Below are positions 1 through 12,925 of a stretch of DNA of 64,000 nucleotides, piece after piece. The notes beneath the pieces were generated by a model. It searched no databases and was not told the origin of the DNA. It saw nothing but the letters and a program-made list of their open reading frames with translations. How positions within the stretch are numbered: position 1 is the stretch's first letter; each line of letters starts with the position of its first letter. Source of the stretch: Camelus dromedarius (Eukaryota); assembly GCF_036321535.1 (NCBI RefSeq), contig NC_087436.1, positions 31,994,001 through 32,058,000 of the forward strand, given 5' to 3'. The position numbers and the translations under genes were made by a program.

Positions 1-231
1 TGAAAGCTCACGCCACCATAAATCTCCCGCCCCACGGAGGTCACTTCAGAAAAATCGCCTGCTGCTCAAATGAGCACCGGCTATGCTGAGGCGCACGGGA
101 GGGGGACAAACGCCAACTGGGATCAACACCAGCAGGGCTGCACCAAACTGTGGCACCCAGGCAGATGCAAGAAAAAGGAGCCAGGGACCAGGCAGGTGTG
201 TGTGTGTATGCATGTTTACACACGACCTCAC

Positions 232-417
232 CAGCTCAGTTTGTTCTTTCTGAGCAAGAACGAGCAAGTTCACTAGAGACTCGCTGCTTTCCCCCTCAGG
301 AGGAGAGCTTGGGAGGCACCAATTTTCATTAAACCTAAAAGTACACACAGTGGCAGGAGGCCAAAACAGTCCTCAAAAGTGAGGCTTTTAAAAACATCTG
401 TTAGGGGTTTTGAGATC
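232..417 (-). other. Candidate spliced exon (186 nt, probably non-coding/5'UTR) of an unidentified minus-strand gene
   Basis: On -: ~80-nt pyrimidine tract ending TCTCCCTCCTTAG|GATCTC (exon starts 417) and donor CTG|GTGAGG (exon ends 232). All three frames hit stops. Unique sequence that retains CpGs. Confidence 0.4.
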
Positions 418-420
418 CTA

Positions 421-505
421 AGGAGGGAGAAAGAGAGAGAGGGAAAGAGAGGGAGGGGAGGAGGTGGGGGGAGGGAGAGAAGAGGGATAAGGGGTGGGGG
501 GCGGC
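421..505 (+). repeat. GA/G-rich low-complexity purine tract (G-quadruplex-capable; polypyrimidine tract on -)
   Basis: aggagggagaaagagagagagggaaagagagggaggggaggaggtggggggagggagagaagagggataaggggtggggggcgg. Confidence 0.85.
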
Positions 506-1740
506 TAAGAGTCCAGTGCTTTTCATTTCCAGACTGTGAGTCATAAAAAAGAGTGCGTAAATCTGGATGGCCAAAATACGCTGACCCGAGTCTGGGTTTA
601 CTAACACCTGAAGTACATTTCATGGGAATTAGGTTTAAATATCAACCTGATCATGAAGCTTGAAAGGGTTTTCTCCCATCTCAGGATGCCAGGAGTCCTC
701 TGGAACCTGGAATGGAGTTTTCTGACAGCAAAGGTTTACTGTAGCATAAAAGAAATTATGGAGATTTCCCCGCTAGGCATAAGGATGTGATCACTATAGG
801 CACCTGTGGGCCCAAGAAGGTTAACCACCAAGATCCCTTTAAACACCAAATTATGGACTATTAGGCCACTGCTTCAAGGCTTCCACAAATGTGAAACCTT
901 GACAAATTCCCAAATAAAAGCCGTAAAACCAATCATTTTTTAAACCCGCATGAGTGACACCAGAAAAATTAGAGCAGTGTGACAGGTCACTGTGAAATAA
1001 AGCTGCCATAAAGAAGCTTATGATGCTGTCATGGAAAAGGCAATTAGAAGGTTACTTTCTCTCAGGTCTCAGATTGGTTCTTGTTCTTCCTCCAGCCCCC
1101 TGCCTGCCACCTCCCTGCTGCAAAATGGATCAGTCTATAATAAGTAGTAGTTATATATCCTAAGGAAGCAATTCCTTTTAGTTGTTCCACTATAAAAAAG
1201 CATCCAGATTTAGAACTTGACAGAAACCAGTATCACCTGCCCCCGAGAGCCGGCAGAAAGTGTGTGTGTGTCATTCAGCCAGCATGAAGTCTGGGTGTTT
1301 TAAAAGCTTTAATTTGAAGGGGGTAAAAAACCTGGGCATTAAGCAATTTGGCTGTGGATATTTAATGCATCGGCCACGCTACAGAACTGGAACTCCCTAT
1401 TTAAAACGAGAAATTGAAAACTTACATGCTCTGCAGGCAAGGTGTAAGTAAATGTAGGATGGTAAGCAGAAATCAGCTGAGAACCTGCAGAAACTCCATT
1501 AGAAGGACTAATGACATGCTCAAAAGTGGCCTTCAATAAATGCTACGGTATCATTTGCAGGTGTGTAAAACAGGTCTGGCTTTTAATTAGCCAGAGCCAT
1601 GCCTCCCAGCGTTTAGGTAAAGGCACCTGGGAAGCAATGGCCCAGAGAAGCTGAGATTTGCCCCAAGACACGTAACTCCTCAGTGGCCACACCAAGATTG
1701 GAACTCAGTCCCCTCTAATTTCCACTCTAACACACTTATA

Positions 1741-2215
1741 CCCCAAAGATGTCTAATTCCTAATCCACAGACCCTGTAAATATGGAATCTTACATGCAAA
1801 AGAGGCTTTGCAGATGTGACTAAGGTACAGATTTTGAGATGGGGAGATAATCCTGTATTATCCAGGTGGCCCAATGTAATCACAAAGGTTCTTATAAGTG
1901 AAAGAGGGAGCAGGAGCGTGAGGGCCAGAGTCAGTCAGAGAGATTAGAATTTACGCTGCTGGCTTTGCGGATAGAGGAAGAGACCACAAGCTAAGGAACA
2001 CCAGGTGGCCTCTAAAATATGGGAAAGGCAAGGAAATGGGTTCTGGAGCCTCCAGAAGGAATTCAATTCTGCGGACACCTTGAATTTAGCCCCATGAGAC
2101 TCTTTCAGACTTTGGATCTCCAGAAGCATAAGAGGATAAATGTTTGTTGTTTTAAACCACTAAGTTTGAGGCAAATTATCACAAATTATTAGAGCAGCAA
2201 CAGGAAACTAATACA
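1741..2215 (+). mobile_element. ERVL-MaLR solo LTR, MLT1D-like
   Basis: Typical motifs ccccaaagatgtc, gagatggggagataatcctg..tatccaggtggcccaatgtaatcaca, gagcctccagaagga, 3' end gcagcaacaggaaactaataca. Confidence 0.85.
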
Positions 2216-2675
2216 GTGCTCTAGATGGATGTTGCATTTCCCCTTCATTTTGATCTACTTGAAGTGACACCATTACCTCAGTGGCAGTCAAATTCTTTAT
2301 AAAAACCAAAAGGACCCCCCACCTTTAGTCTTTAGCACCTTCTACTCTCCTTTCAGTCACTCTCTTCTTCTCTAGCCCCTCACTGCCTTCCTTCTCTGTG
2401 TTCTTTCCCGTGTAAACTACTGCTAAAGGGAAAATGCTTTTTCTAATTGTCAACTGATCTATGTTGAGAAATTAGTTGGCAAGAACTTAAAACATTACAG
2501 TTCACCAACTATTTCCAGTATATTAGGACACTCTGTTTGGGTATTTTTCATCCTCTTACTCCCACTGCCCCTGTAAAGCCTAAAAGACTCAAAAAACTTA
2601 ATCTTTAAGGGTGGAATTTTGGGTTCTTGATTTGGCTGTGTCTTTACCAGAATGTCTCAAGTCACACTACACACA

Positions 2676-2885
2676 TGGGCTTTGAACTGAGAGACCTTGA
2701 TTTGATTCCCTGATTCACCATTTACTAGTGATATGACCTTAGGAAAAGTATTAAGCCTCACTTTATCTCCAAAATGGAGAACATAACAATAACCTTGCTC
2801 CACAGTGGGAAATTAATGAGATTTTGTTTTTAAAGTGTTTAGCACAATGTAACCCATGCAAGCAATCCTTAAGTAGTGGTGGTGG
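2676..2885 (+). mobile_element. MIR SINE
   Basis: Core atttactagtgatatgaccttagg...aaaatggaga; tail aaagtgtttagcacaatg. Confidence 0.75.
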
Positions 2886-3029
2886 TGGGAGAAATAAAGA
2901 TACCTGGTTCAGCAATACCTGTGACTCTGAAACTCCAAGGCAGTATAAAGCCCATTTAAATCCTGTGGGACCAGAAGTTCCAGATTCTGATATTGTAAAA
3001 AGACACCTACCCAATGTGTAACAGCAGGA

Positions 3030-3400
3030 AGTATTTACACATTGCCAGCTATGAACCTTCTTCTTGGATACTGAGGATTATCTGAGGCAAACAAATCGTA
3101 AGAGACAATATACAGCCCTGCCCAAAAGAAGCTCATGGTTTAGTAGGGAGCAGAGATAAAACATCATTACTAACATTTATCCCTCTGTATTGAAGACTTG
3201 TGTACAACAAAGGGTGATGAGAGGGCCCAGGAGAGCAAAATCTTCCCAAGGGAATCACGAACAGGGTCCCAGAGATGACTTCTGAATAGGGTTCTGAAGG
3301 ATGAGTAGAAGTTTGCCATGTAGAAAATAAGAGAAGGAACATACTGAGCAGGGAAAAATTTGCATGAAAAATGGAGTAAAAGAATATCAACAGAGAACAT
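3030..3400 (-). mobile_element. L2 LINE 3' fragment
   Basis: Antisense L2 motifs cagccctgccc..aagaagctcatggtttagtaggg and gggttctgaaggatgagtagaagtttgcca. Confidence 0.65.
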
Positions 3401-4739
3401 CTCCTAAGCATAACTGTAACATTGAAATCATTGGAACAAATTAAATCCAGTTCAGCAAGTTAAATCCATGGCCACTTGGCTTGAGTCATCAACAACTTGA
3501 CTTTCTCTGGATCTGCTACAAAGTGACTTCAGGGTCACACTAAACAATTCATTCTTCCTTGACTAAAAATGATGCCTTGAGAATTCACTGATGACCACAG
3601 TGCAATCAATATTAATCAGGTATTATACACTGGCCCTGAGATAACAAAGCATCCAGAATCCCGATGTATGAATTCATACTTAATCAATACTGCCTTATAT
3701 GAGTAGAGGATTTTTTTTTCACATTCCAAAGCATTTTAGTAAGATGCTGAGAAAAATCAATAATTTATTGAATACCCATGGCCTCATTAAAACAAACTGT
3801 TGATCACGTTTGTTGCTATCATATTGGGGCCCCAGATCTGACTTTACAGATTTTGTAGTGGGGCACATGCTCACAGGTTTACTCCATTCATCAGAGGAAA
3901 TGATGCACAGAATGACTGCACACTGCAGCCAAGATGGGGCTACTATAGGAAATGGACTCCCAGTGCATTACTGAGGAAAAAAACTCAGTAGTGGAAAAAA
4001 GGGGATGCTATTAACTTCAGCTGAAACCAGTGAAAATTAATTGCTAGGAGTAGTAGTTGGAGAGACTTTGTTAATAAAACAGTAATTTCTTGAAATATTT
4101 CCCACACCTGAAATATTTTGACTATCACCCTTGTAATGTCAAGAAATAGTTATATTCATTTCCAGTTTTAAGATGGCCCCTTTTAAGCCACCTGAGAGTA
4201 TACATTAGTGCACATATGGATTTTGTGAAATGGAAAAGTGAGATCCACTCAACCATGGTGTTAAATACATTCCTCAGCAAATGAGGACGCTGGTCCTACT
4301 TCATTGAATTGTTAGGGGGCTTATTTCCCTAGAGATGGTTAACTTTTTAATCTTGTTGAACACAAATTTGAAGCTACCTCTTCCATTGCTGTTCTGCCAT
4401 TATTTTCTCAGGCATATAGAGAAAAATTTGAACTACATCATTATGAATTTATGGATACAGTACTCCTGTTACTAACAGAAAGATCCCCTTATTTAAAAAG
4501 TAAAGTCATCTTTGTGTGAGTTAAACTTGAGAAACACTGAGTTAAACAAAATTATCTCACAAAATTACATAAGATATCAGTACTTGCCAGTAACCTCTGA
4601 GTAGCATTTCTTAAGAATTTATGATCACAAAACCCAGTAATAGAAAATAACCATTTTTATTTGGAGGTGGTTAACATTTGCACAAATTAGTTTTTCAAAG
4701 AGCATACATATGTTAATCTTCCCTACATGCACATAGGAT

Positions 4740-4935
4740 GGTAAGAAGACAGAGATGCTACATTTTTCAGTCCTGGATTTGAATCCTGTCTAATCACTCT
4801 CCAACTGTATCCTTAGAGAGTTACTTCATGTCTCCGAGTCAGTATTCTCAGAGATTAAATGGAGATAAATAATGTTTTTCCTACCTATCTCACTGGATTA
4901 TTGTTATGATCAAATGAAATCACATGAGTAAAAAA
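4740..4935 (+). mobile_element. MIR SINE
   Basis: cctggatttgaatcct...gttacttcatgtctccgagtc...ggattattgttatgatcaaatgaaat. Confidence 0.7.
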
Positions 4936-5849
4936 CTCATATATATATATATCTATCTGGGACGCCCAATTAGTCAGCCATACTGTGGCATTGCAGTGAA
5001 AGAAACAAAAAGAAATTCAACAACTGCAAGTTAAGTTACTCTGATATATACTTGTATCTCTTCACGGGCATTAAAAGAGATCTAATTTACTACTCAGCAC
5101 TGTTTTGTAGAGTCCCCACATCATGCCTTTCAAATTCTCTCATACTCTATGGTTATTTTTGAGCCTCTTGCTTTTTAAACTCCTCACTCTCAACCCTGCC
5201 CCTGACATCTCTCCAACAGCCAAGAATCAAGACTTGTCTGTGTCTGTCTCATCTCTAACCCCTTCTCCTCAGTATCTTCATCACACTCATCACTTTAGCT
5301 TTCTTGTCTTCCCACCACACAGCCATCCCCCAGATTCACCACAGCAAAGCTCAGAGGAGAATCCAGCAGGCGGAATCTTTCATACCACACTCCTGTCCCC
5401 ACTGAGAGGCATGGGATGAAGAGAGGGATGGAGTATAGTCAGACAGTAATGATTTTTATCCTTTTTAACATTAATATTTTCACCCTAGCTAGTGTTCTTG
5501 ATACCTATGAATTCGTTTATTGTCTCTTATATTTTAGCTGAGGTAATAAGGTCTTTATTTTCAAAATATGAAAAACAAATCACAAAGTGACCCAGCCATC
5601 GATCCAGGGTCCCAGAATTGGTCAAGAATGTAGGTAGAAAGTGGGCTTCATTTTTTTTTCTACTCTACAGAGCAGTGGTTCTTAAAGTATGTTTCAAGGC
5701 ATCAGTGGAGATCCTTCTGAAAAAGAAATCCAAGGCCAGATTACAACAGGGAAATGCTGCATACTGCCTCCCTTCAGGGAAGCCCACAATGCATATTAAC
5801 AACTGAGAGAAGTCCTGAGGCAAAGAAATCTATTCAGAAAAAAAAAAGA

Positions 5850-7620
5850 AAACAAAAACAAAAACCAGAGATTAGAGATTTAAATGTGAAAAGCAAAATT
5901 TTAGAATATCCAGGACAACATCTTTATAACCTCTGGGTATAGAAATATTAAATCAGACCCCAAAAGCACAACTATAACAGAAGATTGATAAATCCACCTA
6001 TATTAAAATGTAAAACTTTTCTTCATGAAAGGACACCACTAAGAAAGAGAAAACTCAAATCATAATTTGGGAGAAGAAATTTACAAACACGTAACTTAAG
6101 AATTCCAATGAAGAATGCAAATAGAACTCTTACTCCCACAAATCAATAAGGAAAAGACAAATAACATAATCAGAAACTGGGCAAGAACCTGGACAGCATT
6201 TACAAAAGACGAAACTCAAATGATCAATAAGATATATGAAAAGATGACTGATTTCACAAATAATAAGAGAAATGAGAACCATAATCACAATGAGATAGGC
6301 TAAAAAGTTTGTCTGACATGACAATATGTTGATGAGGATACAGAACAACAAACTCTTAAAGCCTGTTGGAGTGAATAAAAATTGCAACCATCACTTTGGA
6401 AGGAAACTTGGTTTATCCTACAAAGTCGAAGATGTGCCAACCCTCACAACCAGTAATTCTACTCTTAGGTATGTACTCTAGAGACATTCTTGCACATGTG
6501 CCCCAGGAAACATGTACAAGAAAGTTCATAATTCCACTCTTTGTAATAGCAAAACACTGTTAAGCAACATGCTATCCATAAAAAAAAAATGGTAAATACA
6601 TGGAAACAACCCAAATGTCCATCAACAGATGACTGGATAAAGAAGATGTGGTACATATATACAATGGAATACTACCCAGCCATAAAAAAGAATAAAATAA
6701 TGCCATTTCCAGCAAAATGGATGGAACTGAAGACTGTCATTCAAAGTGAAGTGGGCCAGAAAGAGAAAGAAAAAAGCCATATGACATCATTTACATGAAG
6801 AATCTAAAAAATAATAACAATAATAATGACACAAATGAACTAATTATTATTTTGATTTCTTGAATGTGTAAGCACATTTGACTATCCTTTATGATTGGAT
6901 TACCACATTCTGTTGTCTCTTATTTTGTAGTTGGCTTTATTCCTTTGATAACTATGTAAGTTTAAAAAGCTAAAGCTCTAATCCGTTCTTAGAGACAATA
7001 ATTAGTACATATATGAAAACTGAAAAATGTGCAGAATACTGTTCATATGTATTTACATGCAATATAATGTGTATGTGCAGTTGAACTGTAATAATTCTAC
7101 ATAATAAAAATGGAAAAAAGAGTAATAGGAAAAAACATACATTCCCCTTTGACTTCTAAATTTCATTTTTAGAAATTAATCCTAAATAAATAATTTAAAA
7201 TACAAAAAAATGGTAAATAAATTGTGATATATCCATGGAATGAATAATAACAATGAAAATGGACTACATTGTACATATCAATGCATATAAAGACCAGGAA
7301 CACAGAGTTGAATGAAGAGCAAATCTCAGAAGAATATCTACAGCATGTTATTGATATAAAGATAATTCAAAACCATATAAAAATTTAAAATATATTATTT
7401 AAGGATATATACACATATAATTGAACCATTATGAAAAGCAAAACTCAAACACAAAATTCAGAAAACTGGTTCCCTGGGGAGAGAGAACAGTCAGAAAAGG
7501 GGTACCCAGCTGGATTGATGGGATTGTAATGTTGTATTTATTAGGATGGGTTTGTATTGCTCTTTATACCTATATATGTTTTATTTATATTTTTTGTTAT
7601 GTGTGAATGTTATATGCATA
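5850..7620 (+). mobile_element. Old L1M (L1ME/L1MD-like) ORF2 3' end + 3'UTR, interrupted by a younger insertion
   Basis: attagagatttaaatgtgaaa, ccccaaaagcacaactata, cagtaattctactcttaggtatgtac; homology resumes after 7219 (aattgtgatatatccat). Confidence 0.8.
6599..7203 (+). mobile_element. TSD-flanked chimeric retro-insertion: young L1 ORF2-end fragment (~6599-6845) + ~360 bp unrelated sequence
   Basis: Perfect 16-bp direct repeat AAAAAAATGGTAAATA at 6583-6598 and 7204-7219. The L1 part encodes TWKQPKCPSTDDWIKKMWYIYTMEYY (ORF2 C-terminus). AATAAA at 7185-7190. Confidence 0.8.
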
Positions 7621-9499
7621 CATTCTAAATCTTAATTTAACTTGTTTAATTCAGTATCTCACAAATATTGCCCATGTAATCCTTTTGTCTCCTCACCCAT
7701 ACTAACACCCTGTTGAGCTCAGTTTGGGAAACACTGCTCCAGGTCTTATAACCTCTCTCTCTTGGGAAAGAGACTTCCTCCAGCCAAGTCTTGTGGCTGT
7801 CCAGCAGGGCCAGAATGCAATCACAGATGCAGTGCTTTCCCTGGGTCAAAGAGTCCCGGGATTTTTTACATATGTCTTTTAAGCAGATGTGAACTGTGTC
7901 TGTTAGTCTCACCTCAGGTTTAAAAAGTGTTAGTAGTGGAAGTAACAGATGGTCTGTTGATCTGTACAAAGGTAACCGACGTTCAACTCTCACATGTCCC
8001 TGGAGTTCACTTTCTTCCCCATCCTGTCCATATACACACCATAGAGGAAACGGCACTCCAAGCCAAGAAGTTGACTCTCATAAGAATGAAAATTACTCTG
8101 GAGAGCCCTGTGCTCTGGGGTTTACTGCAGGAGTACCTAGTTAGGGGCATTGTTTTCAGAGGCAATTCCTCTGTGCAGCTCATGCCTAATAATCTTCAAA
8201 TAAAAATAGCTCCTGCTGGGCTTTTGAAGTTCACATGTAGGTGAACTCATCGAGAGATACTTTACAGCTGGTTGCATTGCTGAGATGCCAACGTATTTCT
8301 CCCCCACGCCTTTGCTGATAGAGGGCTTCTGAATTGGTTGTGATTGTAGGAATCTTAAACTGCCACCCATGACCATTGGACTTTAGTCCATCATTAGTAC
8401 CAGGTGTAATAAGGTCGGGCTAACAGGGCCTTGTGTGCTGTTAAACTGAGTTGGTATTGATTGCTATCAACAGAGGAAAAACCTACTATACTTTAAACCC
8501 CTGGTTCCAAGGGAATATTTCATTTTTGCTGACTTTGTCTTCCATTGTGATGATTGATTTCAGCATCATGATCCATCACCTGAGGAGATTCACTCTGCTG
8601 CTTCTGAACTCATATCTTGGAACCAGGGATTTTATATCCTACAAGTCCCCGAGTCCCCAGCAGCCCTGCTCATTGTGTCTGAGCCCACAGAGCTCCCTGT
8701 TGTTTGCTTCAGCACTTGCTTTCTCATCATTCACACCTCCGTCTTTCAGACGTTGCCTGACTCTCTCCTTACGAGGGATGCCACAGAGATGTTGGGCTTT
8801 CACTGCTTTTTCTCCATTTGCTTCCTCTAGAAACCTTCTCACTTACACAGAGTTTCTAGCTGAAAAGCAATTCATCTATCATCGTACGAGGTGAAAATGG
8901 CACAGAGCAGCATGTGCTAAAGCACAACCAACATGTTAATGGCAAATTTGTTTTCACGAGCTGTTAAGTTGACTGAGGTATCCCCACTACACTGGCTTCA
9001 CTCATGGGATAGCAGTTGAAGGGTAGGCAGCTGATATTTCCTGAGCCCAAGGGCAGAGCTCAGCTGGGCAGCAAAAAGATACTGGAATCAGGACCTGGAA
9101 AGTCATCCAGACTCTCTCCTGGTGTCTCATGTCACAGTTTCTCTTTGCACATCTACTGTCTCCTCTCTCTTTCTCTGCTCACCAGCCTTCTCTGATCCCC
9201 AGAGCAGAACTCATGACTGCTCAGGTCTCCTGAGGATACACAGTGCAGTCCAACCATATTACTCTCAGTCCCAATTCCAAATTGCAAGTGTTGCAATTTT
9301 GGCTGGCTCTGACTGGGTCAGCTACCCAGTTCACTGTGGCTGGAGATAAGGGCATGTTCAACCAATAGTCCTGGGGGCCATTTTCTCTGAATTGGGGGAC
9401 CCAGTTAAGAGGGTTATTATGAGCTGAGCAGACACTCCAAAATGTGTCCCCTATATGCACCTAAGCTTAAGAACACAATAATACTTTAATAAGTCATTG

Positions 9500-10295
9500 T
9501 GATGCATTCTTTCATGCATGTCTTTATCAGATATTTAATGAACCCTAATTTGTTAGACACTGTGCAAGGCTCTGAGGATTTAGACAGATGAGATCTAGCC
9601 CTCCAATGGAAGACATAAAAGAACAACCAACCTGTTAATAAAGTAATAATAGATTGGAATAATTGCTGCATAAAAAATTGAAAGGGTGATGTGGTAGGGT
9701 ATTTGAGAGGTGCATGTGGAGGTGTATTATTTGGCACCTTTTTGAAGAGATAATGTTAAATATCTAAGGAAGGAGGTGATGCCAGCAGAGAGAATGCAGG
9801 TGCAAAGTTGGCTGTGAGATGGGAAAGTACTTAGGGGATACAAAATGAGTTTAGAGAAATGGACAAGCTCCAGCTCACACAAGGCATTGTGTGCCCTTCT
9901 ATGGGACTGGGATTTATTCTAAATGCAGTAGGAAGATGTCAGTGAAGATTAAACAGGAGAGAGAAAGACATAATCTGATCTATGTTTTTGAAAGATGACT
10001 TTAAGTTGGGATTTTAGGAAAGCAGGAGTGAAAGCAGGGAGGCTAATTGGGAAACTGTTAGAGTAGCTCAGGAAAGAGAGAGTAGACGAACCTTTGGGCC
10101 AACAAGGGTGGTGGTTATTGGGATGGATAGAAGGGTTCAGATTCTAGACGTATTTTAAAAGAGGACAACCAGAACTTGCTGATGAGTAGGATTTGAGGAG
10201 CAAAAAAAAAGAGATGAATTGCAGATGACCCCTAGCTTAGGTTTGAGTGGCTGGGAGAATGGTGAGCTGTTTTCTGGAATGTGGCAGACTGGAGT
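9500..10295 (-). mobile_element. L2 LINE 3' portion
   Basis: Antisense tail cattctttcatgcat..atatttaatgaaccc..agacactgtgcaaggctctgagga; body atctgatctatgtttttgaaag, gagtagctcaggaaagaga. Confidence 0.8.
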
Positions 10296-11719
10296 GACTG
10301 ACCAGGTATTCATCACAGCCAAAGCAAAAACTCTGACTCTAGACACGGAGGTCTCTGGATCCTGATCCAGTGAGAAAGTCCCATCGGTTCTCTCTGCAGT
10401 CCAGGTCCTATCCTTTTAGAACACCATTGTGATCCCACCTTGGCTGTGCTGGCCTTCCCATCTGTCGCTTCAACCACCTCCCCTCTCAAAATCCACGTAA
10501 ATTCCAAAGGCTCTCGTCCTCCATGAAGTGCTTAGAGGAAGAAAGTCTGCGGTTGAAGCAGTATTAGGAGGTAGTGAATTAATCCAAATATCAATTCTCC
10601 TGTTTTGAGCTTTATACATTATTAGGACACATTAAATGTATTATCAGCTTCCCCATCTATAATAAAGGCGAGGAGAATATACTTCATGGAGTTTTCATTT
10701 TTAAGATAGAAACAAAACTATGTGTAAAGCACTTGGCACAGTGCCTAAATTATGTCAGATGTTTAATATACATTAGATGTCATTATTCTTAACATTTCTT
10801 TCTTTTACCTGTTTTCAAAGTAAATGTATTACCAGATACCAATTTGTTGCTTATACAAAGAGCCTAGAGATAAGTTTTGTTTGTCTCTAGCTCTAATGGC
10901 TAGGAATGTTTTGTAGCAATATAATTATTCAAGCAAAAAATTCCACTGCTAGGAAGACAGATATTTGACTACACTTGCTCAAACTGAAATTAAAATGGAT
11001 TCTAGTTTGTGAAGTAATTTGTATGAAAAGTCTTACCAAGATATAAAATTAAATTGTATTTAGTTATATGTTGAATTAATTCTTTATTGAGAATAATAAA
11101 ATGATATGAAATGACAACTATTCCATAAATTCAGGACATATGGTCATTATCCAACTGAGGTCAATATTATGCAAGTTTACTTGGATTTCCTGCCAAAGAA
11201 CAGTTTCTTTAGCACAAAGACATAACTTAAGAGGTTGAAGACAACAAAAGAATATCTCACTGAGGAACATTCTGGTATCTCTCCTCCTATAAATTTCCAA
11301 GTGTGGGGAAGACAGAAGTGCCCACTAAATATAGCTTAATAGTAACACTTTCCAGCAGTTAGAACTTGTGCTGTCTAATATGACTCCCTCTATTTCCATC
11401 ACCCTGCATAGTGCATTCTCATTTGGATGTCATCTAATGAAACAGGAAGATCATAAACTGTCAGGGTAAGTAAGTACCTTAACGGTCAATGATCTTCATT
11501 AATAGCAATGGCTGCTATTCCCATTATCCCACATTCAGTCACCTCGCAGGAAAAAGGAGCCCTTCTACTGGGCATGGCTTCACCATGTTTACCAAACCAA
11601 AGCAATCAGATTCCCATAACAAGCCTTCTCTTAGTCTTAGTGGATTTTCAACTTAAAGGAAGTCTCCATGAGCCACAGGTATGATATCAAATAAATCCTA
11701 ATACGTCAAAGAAGCTTGG

Positions 11720-12199
11720 TGTGGGAGGCAGAATAATAACCCCTAAAGGTGTCCATGTCCTAATACCTCACACCTATTAATACATTATATGATACGATAA
11801 GGGAAAAATAAGGTTATCAATGAGTTAACCTTGAAATGGAGAGATTATCCTATCCAGGTTATCCAGGTCGGCCCAGTGTAATCACCAGGGTCCTTATAAG
11901 TGCGAGTGGGAAGTAAGACAGTGAGGGTCGGAATCAGAGAGAGATTGGAAGAAGTTACTCTGCTGGCTTCGAAGATGCAGGAAGGGGCCACAGGCTAAGG
12001 AATGTGGGTGACTTCCAGAAGCTCAAAGAAGATAAGGAAAGAGCCTCCAGAAAGGAAAACAGCCCTGCCAGCACACTGATGTCAGTAAGACCCATTTCTG
12101 ACTTCTGACCACCAGAGCTGTAAGAGGATAAATTCGTGTTGTTTTAAGCCACTAGGCTTGCAGTAATTTGTTAAAGCAGCAATAGAAAACTGATATACA
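11720..12199 (+). mobile_element. ERVL-MaLR solo LTR, MLT1D-like
   Basis: Starts tgtgggaggcagaataat; ggagagattatcc, ccagtgtaatcaccagggtccttataag; ends gcagcaatagaaaactgatataca. Clearly homologous to 1741-2215. Confidence 0.85.
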
Positions 12200-12559
12200 A
12201 GTGGATAGACATTAGAGGGTCTCGAGAGATACTGTTTCCTCTCCTATGGAGATCCCATAGGGAGCAAAACCCTCAGGTGCCTGTCTTTTTGGCCGCCGAA
12301 GTTCAGCCTGCTACTCAACTACTGAAAGCTTTTTACCATGGCAGAATGATGTGAAAATTTTCATAGCTAATTTCTAATTAGCTATGCATGTGCAAAATGA
12401 TTTGGAGGAAAGCATAAAAGTGGGAAGAAATTAAAGGGTATCCTCTAACAGGCCACATATGAGGTGACGGAGCTCAGGAACTGAGGAGCAGAGATTAAGG
12501 AAAAGCCATGATTATCAGGGTGACCCTACCACCACTGCCACCAAGCCCTAGCCACACTA

Positions 12560-12925
12560 GCCTTCCTTCTGTTCCTAGCACTAATCGAGCTCATCCAGGG
12601 CTTGGGCCCTCCTGCCTGGAAAGCTGTTCCCCTACTAGTGCATGGACTTTCAGATCTCACCCTAAATGGCACCTCCCGGACAACTCTTCTGCAGCAGCCA
12701 GCCAGGCAGTATTACATCATTTGCTTTCATTCTCTTCTTAGCACTTGCCAATATCTGATCATGTGCTTACTTACAGGTGTATATATTTATTATCTGTCTT
12801 CCTCAGCCAGAATATAAGCTCCATGAGAGCAAAGACCTTGTCTGTTTTCTTCACACATAACCTCAAGGCCTACATCAGTACCTGGCACATAGGAGATGCT
12901 CAACAAATCTGTAGTATGAACAAAC
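12560..12925 (+). mobile_element. L2 3' end
   Basis: agaatataagctccatgagagcaaagacc...cctggcacataggagatgctcaacaaatctgt..tgaa. Confidence 0.8.

Noticed and set aside
1421..1460. 5-nt minus-strand microexon (CCTTGCCTGCAG|AGCAT|GTAAGT)
   Set aside because: The motifs are present, but such short matches arise by chance, the length is not frame-preserving, and there is no other support.
1741..12199. Two MLT1D LTRs ~10 kb apart as ends of one MaLR element
   Set aside because: The intervening DNA is MIR, L2, L1 and unique sequence, not MaLR internal sequence.
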